Source: Myxococcota bacterium (GTDB taxonomy: Bacteria; Myxococcota_A; UBA9160; UBA6930). From it: a stretch of 64,000 nt of DNA. Below, piece by piece: positions 9,383 to 18,002 of this stretch. Within the stretch, counting starts at the first letter, position 1. Each line of letters starts with the position of its first letter. The notes beneath the pieces were generated by a model. It was not told the DNA's origin. It was given only the letters and a program-made list of their open reading frames with translations, and did no database searches. The DNA lies in NCBI GenBank assembly GCA_965223415.1, contig OZ245002.1, forward strand, positions 4,224,001 through 4,288,000, given 5' to 3'. Position numbers and translations under genes: made by a program.

Positions 9383-11495
9383 GCGGATCGCCCTGCGGGC
9401 GCGCCAGGCCCTGGGGCGTGAGCTCGGCCTCGGCGGGAACCGCTTCGCCCGCCAGGATCGCCTCCACGCGATCGAGCAGCTCCGGCAGCGGGTAGGGGCG
9501 CGCCGGGTGGCCGGTGAAGGGCTCGGTCGTCACGAACGGCTGGGTCAGGAAGCGGAGGAGCCTCTGGGCGCGCGCGGTCTCCTCCGGATCCGCGTCGGCG
9601 ATCGTCGCCGGATCCGGAAGCGCGAGGTCCGGGTCGCACCGCTCGTAGTCGATCAGGAGCGCCCGGGCTCGCTCGGACACGCGCGCATGTCGCGGGCTCG
9701 CGAACGCTCCAGGCTCGCTGCGGACGTGGCTGCCGACCGGATCCACGGCCGGATAGAGGCCGCGCCGGGCGCGTCGCCGGTCGAGGGTGACCCGCGCGTC
9801 CCAGGGAGCGACGAGGGCCGAGCGGCCATCCTCCTCCTGGTTCTCGAACGGGGAGACGACGAGCGTGGTCATGGATCCAGCCGGCGCCGGCGTCCGCAAG
9901 CGGGTGAAGCTCGCCTCAGCGTCGATCTCGAATCCCGTCTGCGTGAGCAGGACGACGAGCACGTCCCGCCCCTCTTTCCGAAGCTCCTCGGCGTGGTCGA
10001 TGCCTTCCGCGAAGGTCTTGCGACGGGCGTCCGGCGGGTTCTCCCGGGGCGCGAGGTGCACGGCCACGTTCCGGGCGAGTCCGGCCTCCCGTAGCTCCGC
10101 CCGCAGGTCGTCCGGGTCGAAGGGGCCCTGGGCGATCCCGGTCCATAGCGCCGCCCCGTCGGGCCGGTTCGCCCAGCGATGGCTCAGCTCGTTCAGCAGC
10201 ACGACCATGCCGCAGCCGGCGCGGAAGGGGACCCGGACGAGGGCGCCGCGGGCGAGGGGCACGAACAGGTCCACCGCGCGGATGCCCGTCGCGGAGGTTC
10301 GCGCTTCCCCGGCCGGAACGGCCAGGGGACGGGGTGCCTCGTCCTCCCGCTCCGGAAGCCGCGCCGCGACCTGCGCGTGCCCCTTCGCCAGTGCCCAGGC
10401 TCGCGCTGTGCGTCCGGCCCGGTCGGGGAGGTCCGAGCGGGCGCCGTGCTCGAGCAGGAGGGCGACGAGATCCTCGCGTCCCCGCATGGCCGCCACGTGG
10501 ATGGGAGCGTTGCCCGTCGCCGCCCGCCGGTTCGGGTCGGCGCCGGCCTCGAGGAGCCGGCGTACGATCTCCATCTCCTCGAGGAGGACGGCGGCCCAGA
10601 GCGGGGATTCTCCGGTCGCGCATCCGCACCGCCCGTCGGCGACGGCGCCGCGAGCGAGGAGGAGCTCGGTCATGTCGAGGTCTCCCCGTTCGACGGCAGT
10701 GACGAGCGGCGTGGCCCGGGAGGCGAAGGGGAGCACGCCTTCGTAGACGAGCTCCGGATCCCAGCGCTGCTCCGTCTCCACGAGCTCCGGCATGCGCGTG
10801 AGCATGCGCGCTACCTCGTCGTGGTCGCCCGCGCGAAGCGCGAGAAAGAACTGCACGGCAGCGCTGAAACGCGGGTCCCGGGAGGGGCGCAGGGGTGTGG
10901 GCTCGGCCATGGGGTTCTCCTCCGATCCCGGCGCACCGGGCTCGCCGGGCAATGGGTAGGCCTCCCGGAGCCGCGCCCTGGCCCTTCGCAGGCGCTTCTT
11001 CAGGCTCGGCAACGAGAGCTCGAGGAACGATGCGAGGGCCGGCTGCGGCTCGCCGGCGAAGTAGTGGAGGACGAGGGGGAGGCGTTCGGACCGGGGCAGG
11101 GCCTCGACGGCACGCCGGAGCTGCTCGGCCTCGCGCCGGTCCTCGAGAGCGGCGTCGGGCAGGGGGCCGCTCGCCGTTCTCTCGCGGGGCTCCCGAGTGG
11201 CCACCTCGAGTCGTCCGCGGCGCGTCACCCGGTCGCAGTGCTTGAGCACGATGCGCCGGAGCCAACCCGGGAAGGCCGCCGGCTCCTCGAGCTGCCGAAG
11301 GGCGACGTGGGCGTTCGCGAAGCTCTCCTGGGCCACGTCCCGCGCGAGCTCGATGTCACCCAGCCAGCCGAAGGCCGTCCCCACGACCATGTCCTGGAAC
11401 GCGACGACCAGCTCGCCGAAGGCGGCCAGCTCCCCGGCCTGGGCGCGCTCGACCTGGGCGACGTAGGGCTGGGGGCTTGCGTCGGGTTCCTGCAT
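9360..11495 (-). CDS. ECF sigma-70 factor fused to ankyrin repeats and a degenerate F1-ATPase beta-like domain
   Basis: Sigma region 2 (ARDVAQESF...FPGWLRRIV), region 4 (LKKRLRRARARLR), ankyrin repeats (TPLVTAV, SPLWAAV, APIHVAA), AtpD-like TGIRAVDLF, GLYPAVDP, RFLTQPF..TEPFTG. Confidence 0.85.
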   Translation of the reverse strand: MQEPDASPQPYVAQVERAQAGELAAFGELVVAFQDMVVGTAFGWLGDIELARDVAQESFANAHVALRQLEEPAAFPGWLRRIVLKHCDRVTRRGRLEVATREPRERTASGPLPDAALEDRREAEQLRRAVEALPRSERLPLVLHYFAGEPQPALASFLELSLPSLKKRLRRARARLREAYPLPGEPGAPGSEENPMAEPTPLRPSRDPRFSAAVQFFLALRAGDHDEVARMLTRMPELVETEQRWDPELVYEGVLPFASRATPLVTAVERGDLDMTELLLARGAVADGRCGCATGESPLWAAVLLEEMEIVRRLLEAGADPNRRAATGNAPIHVAAMRGREDLVALLLEHGARSDLPDRAGRTARAWALAKGHAQVAARLPEREDEAPRPLAVPAGEARTSATGIRAVDLFVPLARGALVRVPFRAGCGMVVLLNELSHRWANRPDGAALWTGIAQGPFDPDDLRAELREAGLARNVAVHLAPRENPPDARRKTFAEGIDHAEELRKEGRDVLVVLLTQTGFEIDAEASFTRLRTPAPAGSMTTLVVSPFENQEEDGRSALVAPWDARVTLDRRRARRGLYPAVDPVGSHVRSEPGAFASPRHARVSERARALLIDYERCDPDLALPDPATIADADPEETARAQRLLRFLTQPFVTTEPFTGHPARPYPLPELLDRVEAILAGEAVPAEAELTPQGLARPQGDPPSGAGTS

Positions 11496-11655
11496 GACGT
11501 GGGAGAGGACCCGGTCGAGGGCCGGGCGGATACCCCCGAGAACGGCCCCGGCTTCCTTCGGCCGCCTGCAGAGGGTAGGCGAGCGGCGCCCGGGTGGGGA
11601 CCCCGCCCGCGCGGCACCAGGGCGGCTGGCATCCACCATCGCCTAGACTGCCCGG

Positions 11656-12492
11656 ATGGCCATCCTCGACGACAAGGTGGCGATCGTCACCGGCGCAGCC
11701 TCGGGCATCGGCAAGGCGACGGCGCAGCTCCTGGCCAAGGAGGGCGCTGCGGTCCTGGTGGCCGATCTCGACGAGGCCGGCGCCAAGACGGTGGCCGGCG
11801 AGATCGCCGACGCCGGCGGCCGCGCCCTGGGTCACGCCGTCGACGTCTCGGACGAGGCGGCGGTGCGGGGGATGATCGACGCCGCCGTGGCGGCCTTCGG
11901 CGGCCTCGACGTCCTGCACAACAACGCGGCGGCCATCGGCGCGGCGAGCCCCGGCCGGGACATGGACGTCGCCGCGATCGACGTCGAGGTCTGGGATCGC
12001 ACGATGGCCGTCAACCTGCGCGGCGTCATGCTCGGCTGCAAGCACGCGATCCCCCGGATGCTCGAGCGCGGCGGGGGGGCCATCGTCAACACCTCGTCGG
12101 GCTCCTCCCAGCGCGGCGACCTGACGATCCCCTCCTACGCGGTCTCGAAAGGCGGAGTCGACACGCTGACCCTCTACGTCGCCGCCCAGTACGGCAAGCG
12201 CGGCATCCGCTGCAACGCCATCGCCCCGGGCTTGATCCTGACCCATCCGGTGGAGCAGTTTGGTGGTGCCGAGTACGTCGGCATGCTGGAGGAGCACCAC
12301 CTGACCCCCCGGGTCGGACAGCCGGAAGACATCGCCCAGGCCGTCCTCTTCCTCGTTTCCGACGCCGCCGGGTTCATCACCGGCCAGATCGTCAACGTCG
12401 ACGGTGGCATCCTGAGCCATGCGCCGCCGGTCGCGGACATTCGGCGCATGGCGGCGATGGCCGCCTGGGCGAAGCAGGCTCCGAAGGGGTAG
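11656..12492 (+). CDS. Short-chain dehydrogenase/reductase
   Basis: TGAASGIG, NNAA, YAVSK, NVDGG. Confidence 0.95.
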   Translation: MAILDDKVAIVTGAASGIGKATAQLLAKEGAAVLVADLDEAGAKTVAGEIADAGGRALGHAVDVSDEAAVRGMIDAAVAAFGGLDVLHNNAAAIGAASPGRDMDVAAIDVEVWDRTMAVNLRGVMLGCKHAIPRMLERGGGAIVNTSSGSSQRGDLTIPSYAVSKGGVDTLTLYVAAQYGKRGIRCNAIAPGLILTHPVEQFGGAEYVGMLEEHHLTPRVGQPEDIAQAVLFLVSDAAGFITGQIVNVDGGILSHAPPVADIRRMAAMAAWAKQAPKG

Positions 12493-12606
12493 GGCGCGCC
12501 CCGGGGCCCGCTGGCGGCGGACGGGATTCGTGGCTACCACGGGCTGGGCGCGGCCGTCCCGCGCTTCCCGACCCTACCCGACGCGAACCGAACTGGAGAC
12601 GCACCC

Positions 12607-12903
12607 ATGCCTGCCTACCTGATCGTGAACTACAAGGTCGAGAACCCGGAGCTCTACGGCGAGTATGCCGCCGCAGCCGGGCCCGCCATGGGGATCGGCG
12701 ACCAGTGCCAGCTGCTGGCGTTCGACGCCAAGTCGGAGCAGATCGAAGGCGAGGACGCCGGCCACCAGACCGTGCTCCTCAAGTTCGACTCCAAGGAGAA
12801 GGCCCGCGAGGTCTACGAGTCCGGTGACTACCAGGCGGTGGTCGGCAAGCGGCTCGAGGCCACCTCCAGCCACTTCGCCATCCTGGTCGACGGAATGGCC
12901 TGA
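12607..12903 (+). CDS. DUF1330 family protein
   Basis: MPAYLIV..., IEG, VLLKFDSKEKAREVYESGDYQ pattern; GGAG RBS. Confidence 0.85.
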   Translation: MPAYLIVNYKVENPELYGEYAAAAGPAMGIGDQCQLLAFDAKSEQIEGEDAGHQTVLLKFDSKEKAREVYESGDYQAVVGKRLEATSSHFAILVDGMA

Positions 12904-12904
12904 A

Positions 12905-13702
12905 GTGCGGCTCGAAGGCAAGGCGGCCATCGTCACCGGCTCCGCTCGCGGCACCGGCGAGGCCATCGCGCGGCTCTTCGTGGAAGAGGGCGCCCGGGTG
13001 ATGGTGTCGGACGTGCTTCACGACCGCGGCGAGGCGCTGGCCAAGCATCTCGGCGAGGCGGCGATCTACCAGCCGCTGGACGTGTCCCAGGCCCGCGACT
13101 GGGACACGGCGGTCGCCCGTGCGCGGGACGTGTTCGGAGGCATCGACGTGCTGGTGAACAATGCGGCGGTGCTGGTCATCCGGGGCATCGAGGACACGCA
13201 GCCCGAGGAGCTCGAGCGGCTCTTCCGCGTGAACCAGCTCGGCCCCTTCCTCGGCATCCGTGCCGTGGCCGGGCCGATGCGCGAGCGCGGCGGCGGGGCG
13301 ATCGTGAACGTCGCCTCCTCCGATGGCGTGAAGGGGATGAACGGCGTCGTCGGCTACGCCTCCACGAAGTGGGCCCTGCGCGGCATCACCAAGGCCGCCG
13401 CCATGGAGCTCGCGCGCGATCGCATCCGCGTCAACGCGGTGTGCCCCGAGGCCGGCAACCACGAGATGTCCGCCCCCTTCCTGCCCGCGGGCATCGACTC
13501 GCGTATGGCTGCCGAGCACAACGTGGGGCAGCTGCTGCGCCCGCCGGAGGGCTACGACCTCGACGACCACGTGCGCGACGTGGCGCGCGCCGTGCTGTTC
13601 CTGGCCTCGGACGACTGCCCCACTGCGACCGCCGCCGATCTCGTCGTCGACGGTGGCCTCACGGCCGGCTACATCCAGCGCGGGCTGCCCGGCTCCGATT
13701 GA
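12905..13702 (+). CDS. SDR oxidoreductase (3-alpha/20-beta-hydroxysteroid dehydrogenase-like)
   Basis: GTG start, RLEGKAAIVTGSARGTG, NNAA, YASTKWALRG. Confidence 0.9.
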   Translation: MRLEGKAAIVTGSARGTGEAIARLFVEEGARVMVSDVLHDRGEALAKHLGEAAIYQPLDVSQARDWDTAVARARDVFGGIDVLVNNAAVLVIRGIEDTQPEELERLFRVNQLGPFLGIRAVAGPMRERGGGAIVNVASSDGVKGMNGVVGYASTKWALRGITKAAAMELARDRIRVNAVCPEAGNHEMSAPFLPAGIDSRMAAEHNVGQLLRPPEGYDLDDHVRDVARAVLFLASDDCPTATAADLVVDGGLTAGYIQRGLPGSD

Positions 13703-13703
13703 C

Positions 13704-14165
13704 TCAGCCGGGGGGCTCGCACACGAAGATCGGGATGTCCCGATCCGTGCGTTCCCGGTACTCGGCGTAGGGTGCGTAGTGCTGGTCGCAGAGGGGCCAG
13801 AGCGCGGGCTTCTCCTCGGCGCCCGCCAGCCGCGCCCGCAGCTTCATCTTGCGCCCCCGGTGGTTCACCTCGATGTCAGGGTGCTTCACCAGGTTGCCGT
13901 ACCACACCGGATTCTTCGGCGCTCCGCCCTGGGAGGCCACGAGGAGAACGCCCTCCCCGTAGGGCACGTACATCAGCGGGATCGTGATGCGCTTCCCGCT
14001 CCGGGCACCGGTCATCGTGACGAAGCACACCTCGTCGCCGCCGAGGGTGTTGAGGAAGCGTCCGCCGAAGAGGCGGTGCAGGAAGACGTGGGTGCGGGTC
14101 ATCGTCTTCAGCACCCAGCGCGGCGGCGGCGAGCCGGATCCGGAAGAGGGGGCTTCGCTGGCCAT
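13704..14165 (-). CDS. Deazaflavin (F420H2)-dependent nitroreductase family (DUF385/Ddn-like)
   Basis: TGARSGKR..PL, VASQGGAPKNPVWYGNL, YRERTDRDIPIF. Confidence 0.92.
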   Translation of the reverse strand: MASEAPSSGSGSPPPRWVLKTMTRTHVFLHRLFGGRFLNTLGGDEVCFVTMTGARSGKRITIPLMYVPYGEGVLLVASQGGAPKNPVWYGNLVKHPDIEVNHRGRKMKLRARLAGAEEKPALWPLCDQHYAPYAEYRERTDRDIPIFVCEPPG

Positions 14166-14217
14166 GGGAATCCTCCGAGGGGTAGAGTGACGGCGCTCCC
14201 AGGAGGCTACCGCACAG

Positions 14218-14907
14218 GTGAACCCCTTCCCGGCGTTGCGGGGCGATGCCGCGCTGGCCGTCTACCTCGATCTCAAGAGCCCCTACGCGTTCATCGCCTT
14301 GGAGCCCACCCGCGCCATGGCCCGGGCGGCAGGCGTCGCGATCGACTGGCGCCCCTTTACCCTCGACATCCCCAGCTACCTGGGCTCGGCGCGCCTCGAC
14401 GGGAAGGGCCGCGTCGCCGAGAGCCGGCGCACGCCCCAGCAGTGGACCGGCGTGCGCTACGCCTACCGGGACGCGCGTCGCTACGCGAGCCTGCGTGGCA
14501 AGACGCTGCGGGGCACGGTCAAAATCTGGGACTCGAGCCTGGCGGGCATCGCCATGCTGTGGGCCAAGCAGCAGGGCCCCGAGCGCTTCGACCGCTTCGT
14601 CGACGAAGCCTACGCCCGCTTCTGGCGGCGTGAGCTCGACATCGAGGACGCGGGCGTGCTCGAGGCGCTGCTGGCGGAGACCGGCGCCGACGCGGCGGGC
14701 TTCCACGCCTTCGCCGACGGCCCCGGCCGCGCGGCCCACGACGTCCTGAACCAGGCCGCCTTCGACGCCGGCGTCTTCGGTGTCCCCACGTACCTCGTCG
14801 GAGACGAGATGTGGTTCGGCCGCGAGCACTTGCCGCGGGTCGCCTGGCTGCTGGGCGGTGCCGTCGGTCCTGCGCCCGAAGCGGCGAACCGGAGCTTCGA
14901 CCCGTGA
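14218..14907 (+). CDS. DsbA-like / 2-hydroxychromene-2-carboxylate isomerase (GST kappa) family protein
   Basis: DLKSPYAF, GVFGVPTY, WFGREHL. Confidence 0.85.
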   Translation: MNPFPALRGDAALAVYLDLKSPYAFIALEPTRAMARAAGVAIDWRPFTLDIPSYLGSARLDGKGRVAESRRTPQQWTGVRYAYRDARRYASLRGKTLRGTVKIWDSSLAGIAMLWAKQQGPERFDRFVDEAYARFWRRELDIEDAGVLEALLAETGADAAGFHAFADGPGRAAHDVLNQAAFDAGVFGVPTYLVGDEMWFGREHLPRVAWLLGGAVGPAPEAANRSFDP

Positions 14908-15524
14908 GCCGTCTCACCGTCGCGCTGGACCTCCGGCACCCGCTCGCCTACCTGGCCCTCCAGCCCACCGTCGCACTCGCCCGGGAGCTCTCTCTCGACG
15001 TCGACTGGCTGCCGCTCTCGGTGCCAACGCTGCGTCCGCCGAGTGCGCGCCAGGCGGGCGACGACCGGGGCGTTCGCCACCGGCGCTACCGCGCCCAGGC
15101 CATCGCCCGCGAGATCGAGGCCTACGGCGCGGTCCAGGGGCTCGTGCTGCGCGAGCCGTACCGCAGCGCGGAGGTCGATGCGGCGATTCTCGGCTGGCTG
15201 TGGGTCCGGGAGCACCAGCCCGGCCGGCTGCCCGCCTTCCTGGGAGCCCTGTTCGCCGGCTATTGGTCCCTCGATCTCGACGCGGCCCGGGTCGACGCGG
15301 TCGCGGGCCTGGTCGAGACCGTCTCGGCGGATGCCACCGCCTTCCTCGAATGGGCGGTCGGGGAGGGACCGGAGCGTGCCCGCGCAGTGGCTGCCGAGCT
15401 GGAGGAGCGGGGCCTCTTCCAGGTGCCTGCCTACGCCGTGGAAGACGAGGTGTTCTACGGTCGGCAGCACCTGCCCATGATTCGCTGGATCCTCGAGGGA
15501 CGGTCCGGTCCCGGACCCATCTAG
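14904..15524 (+). CDS. Second DsbA-like / HCCA isomerase paralog
   Basis: GTGA overlap with upstream gene; DLRHPLAY, GLFQVPAY, FYGRQHL. Confidence 0.8.
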   Translation: MSRLTVALDLRHPLAYLALQPTVALARELSLDVDWLPLSVPTLRPPSARQAGDDRGVRHRRYRAQAIAREIEAYGAVQGLVLREPYRSAEVDAAILGWLWVREHQPGRLPAFLGALFAGYWSLDLDAARVDAVAGLVETVSADATAFLEWAVGEGPERARAVAAELEERGLFQVPAYAVEDEVFYGRQHLPMIRWILEGRSGPGPI

Positions 15525-15545
15525 GATCCGGGAGGAGGTGGCCCC

Positions 15546-16016
15546 ATGGCAGACCAGGACAGAGCCGCGGTCCGGTTCCCGCCGCCGTTCGTTCCCCTGA
15601 TTGCGCTGGCGCTGGGCGTGGCGCTCCACCGGTGGGTGTGGCCGGCGCCCCTGCCGGTGAAGGGGCTGCTGCGCTGGGGCGCGACCGCGCTGCTCCTGGG
15701 CGGTGGACTGGCACTGATGGGTGCGGCCGCGGGCCTCTTCCGACGCACCGGTCAGGATCCGAAGCCGTGGGTGAGCACGCCGGAGATCATCGAATCCGGC
15801 GTCTACGGATTCACGCGCAATCCCATGTACGTGGCGATGGGTCTGCTGCAGGCGGGACTCGGCGTCGCCCTCGCCAACGGCTGGGTCGTCGGGCTGGTCC
15901 CGGTCACCTGCGCCGTCATCCAGCTCATCGCGATCCGCCATGAGGAGGCCTACCTCGAGCGGAAGTTCGGCAGCACCTACACCGCCTACAAGGCGCGCGT
16001 CCGGCGTTGGCTCTGA
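15546..16016 (+). CDS. Isoprenylcysteine carboxyl methyltransferase family membrane protein
   Basis: GVYGFTRNPMY, EEAYLERKFG..Y..YKARVRRW; GGAGGAGG RBS. Confidence 0.9.
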   Translation: MADQDRAAVRFPPPFVPLIALALGVALHRWVWPAPLPVKGLLRWGATALLLGGGLALMGAAAGLFRRTGQDPKPWVSTPEIIESGVYGFTRNPMYVAMGLLQAGLGVALANGWVVGLVPVTCAVIQLIAIRHEEAYLERKFGSTYTAYKARVRRWL

Positions 16017-16312
16017 CCGTGGCGGCGCCGTGCGAGGGCAACGGCGGCGCCTAGCAGCGGCAGGGTGATGGCGACTGCCCGCTGGGATGGCGGGACGATC
16101 CAGAAGGGGCTGCGAGGGTCGTCCGTCAGGAACGCGAGCCGGCCGCAGGGCGTGGCCTCCGCGCCGGTGAGTCCGGGCCAATCGAGGGTGGTGCAGGTGC
16201 CGTCGTAGGTCCGCAGCGCGGCCCCGACGTCGGCGAGGAGCAGCGCCAGCACGACCAGGAGGCCGGCGGCGAAGCCCTGGGCGGCCGTCCGGAGAGAGGG
16301 GGGAGATTCCAT
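15986..16312 (-). CDS. Hypothetical small membrane protein
   Basis: Two hydrophobic segments flanking a Cys-pair loop; fills the gap between genes. Confidence 0.45.
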   Translation of the reverse strand: MESPPSLRTAAQGFAAGLLVVLALLLADVGAALRTYDGTCTTLDWPGLTGAEATPCGRLAFLTDDPRSPFWIVPPSQRAVAITLPLLGAAVALARRRHGQSQRRTRAL

Positions 16313-16418
16313 GGGGCCCCAGAGAGCAAGCGGCGTGCCGCCGGAGGGGCGCTCTCGGCGGCGCCTGGGTGGCGCGGGCGTTCACCGGATGGCCCCGCCA
16401 TGCACGCGGTGACCGGGC

Positions 16419-17954
16419 TCAGTTGATCCCCTTCTCCATCCCCTCCCAGTAGGGCTTGCGCAGCTTGTACTTCTGCAGCTTGCCGGTGGCGGTGCGCGCC
16501 AGCTCGTCCCGGAACTCGATGGAGGTCGGGCACTTGTAGTGGGCGATCTTCTCCCGGCAGTGGTCGATCAGCGTCTTCTCGTCGGCCTCGCTGCCCGGTG
16601 CCAGCACCACCAGCGCCTTCACGGTCTCTCCCCACTTCTCGTGGGGCACGCCGATCACCGCCACCTCGGCGACGGCGGGGTGGGCGAAGAGCGCGTCCTC
16701 CACCTCGATGGAGGAGACGTTCTCGCCGCCGGAGATGATCACGTCCTTCTTGCGGTCCGTGATGGCGAAATAGCCGTCGTCGTCCAGGTAGCCCCCGTCG
16801 CCGCTGTGGAACCAGCCGTCCCGGATGGCCTCGCCGGTGGCGTCGGGCTGGTCCCAGTAGCCCTCCAGCACGTGGTTGGTGCGGGCCAGGAGCTCGCCCT
16901 CGTCGTCCACGCGCACCCGCACGCCGAGGGCCGGGGCGCCGGCGCGGCCCAGCTTCTGGGCGCGCTCCGCGGGGCTGAGGCCGTCCCACTCGGCGCGGGT
17001 GCGGTTCATCGTCAGGAGAGGCGCCGTCTCGGTGAGGCCGTAGATCTGGATGAACTCCCAGCCGAGCTCGGTCTCCACCCGCTCGATCGTTCGCGTCGGC
17101 GGCGGAGCGCCGGCCACGACGATGCGCACACGGCCGGAGCCGGGGATGGGCCCGTCCCACTCGGCGGCCGCGTCGAGGATCGCAGCGACCACCGCGGGCG
17201 CACCGCACAGCAAGGTGACGCCATGCTCCTCGACGCGGCGCAGGATCTCGGGCCCGTCCACCTTGCGCAGCACGACCTGTCTGGCGCCCATGCCGACCAG
17301 GGCATAGGGCATGCCCCAGCCGTTGCAGTGGAACTGGGGCAGGGTGTGGAGGTAGACGTCCCGGTCGTTGACCCCGCTCTGCCAGCCGAAGACCGCCGCG
17401 TTCAGCCACAGGCTCCGATGGGTCTGCTCCACACCCTTGGGCCGGGCGGTCGTGCCGGAGGTGTAGTTGATCACCGCGGTATGGTCCTCGTCCGGCTCCC
17501 ACGGCTGGGGCTCGGCGCCCGGGGCGAGCATGCGGGCATCGGACTCCTCTCCGAGCACGAAGCGGTGCTTGCACCCGACGCCCGCGAGGGTCTCGTCGAG
17601 CTCCGGATCGACGAGCAGCACGTCGGCGCCGCAGTGGCCGACGATGTACTCCACCTCCTCCCGCGAGAGCCGGAAGTTGATCGGCACGAAGATGCGGCCG
17701 TGCCCGCTCACACCCCAGAAGCAGGTGAGCAGGCGGGACGCGTTCTGGGAGACCATGGCCACGCGCCCGCCGACCGGCAGGCCCAGGCGGTCGAGGCCCG
17801 CGCCCATGGCCTGGGAGAGGGCGCCCAGCTCCCGGAAGGTCGTCTCGCCCAGGGAGGGGGCCGGCTGGTCCGGCTCGTCGACGAAGGCCACCCGATCCGG
17901 GTAGACGGCGAGGGCGCGGTCGAGGTGGTCGCGAATGGTCAGCGGGACCCGCAT
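16419..17954 (-). CDS. AMP-binding acyl-CoA synthetase
   Basis: YTSGTTARPKG, YGLTET, DRKKDVIISGGEN, TGKLQK. Confidence 0.95.
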   Translation of the reverse strand: MRVPLTIRDHLDRALAVYPDRVAFVDEPDQPAPSLGETTFRELGALSQAMGAGLDRLGLPVGGRVAMVSQNASRLLTCFWGVSGHGRIFVPINFRLSREEVEYIVGHCGADVLLVDPELDETLAGVGCKHRFVLGEESDARMLAPGAEPQPWEPDEDHTAVINYTSGTTARPKGVEQTHRSLWLNAAVFGWQSGVNDRDVYLHTLPQFHCNGWGMPYALVGMGARQVVLRKVDGPEILRRVEEHGVTLLCGAPAVVAAILDAAAEWDGPIPGSGRVRIVVAGAPPPTRTIERVETELGWEFIQIYGLTETAPLLTMNRTRAEWDGLSPAERAQKLGRAGAPALGVRVRVDDEGELLARTNHVLEGYWDQPDATGEAIRDGWFHSGDGGYLDDDGYFAITDRKKDVIISGGENVSSIEVEDALFAHPAVAEVAVIGVPHEKWGETVKALVVLAPGSEADEKTLIDHCREKIAHYKCPTSIEFRDELARTATGKLQKYKLRKPYWEGMEKGIN

Positions 17955-18002
17955 AGGCTGCCTCCTGCTTCTGGCTGGATCGGCAGGGTAACCGAGGACG
18001 GG

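Noticed and set aside
9360..10300. Calling this a functional atpD
   Set aside because: Walker A Lys-Thr and Walker B are lost, there is no N-terminal barrel and no atp operon context
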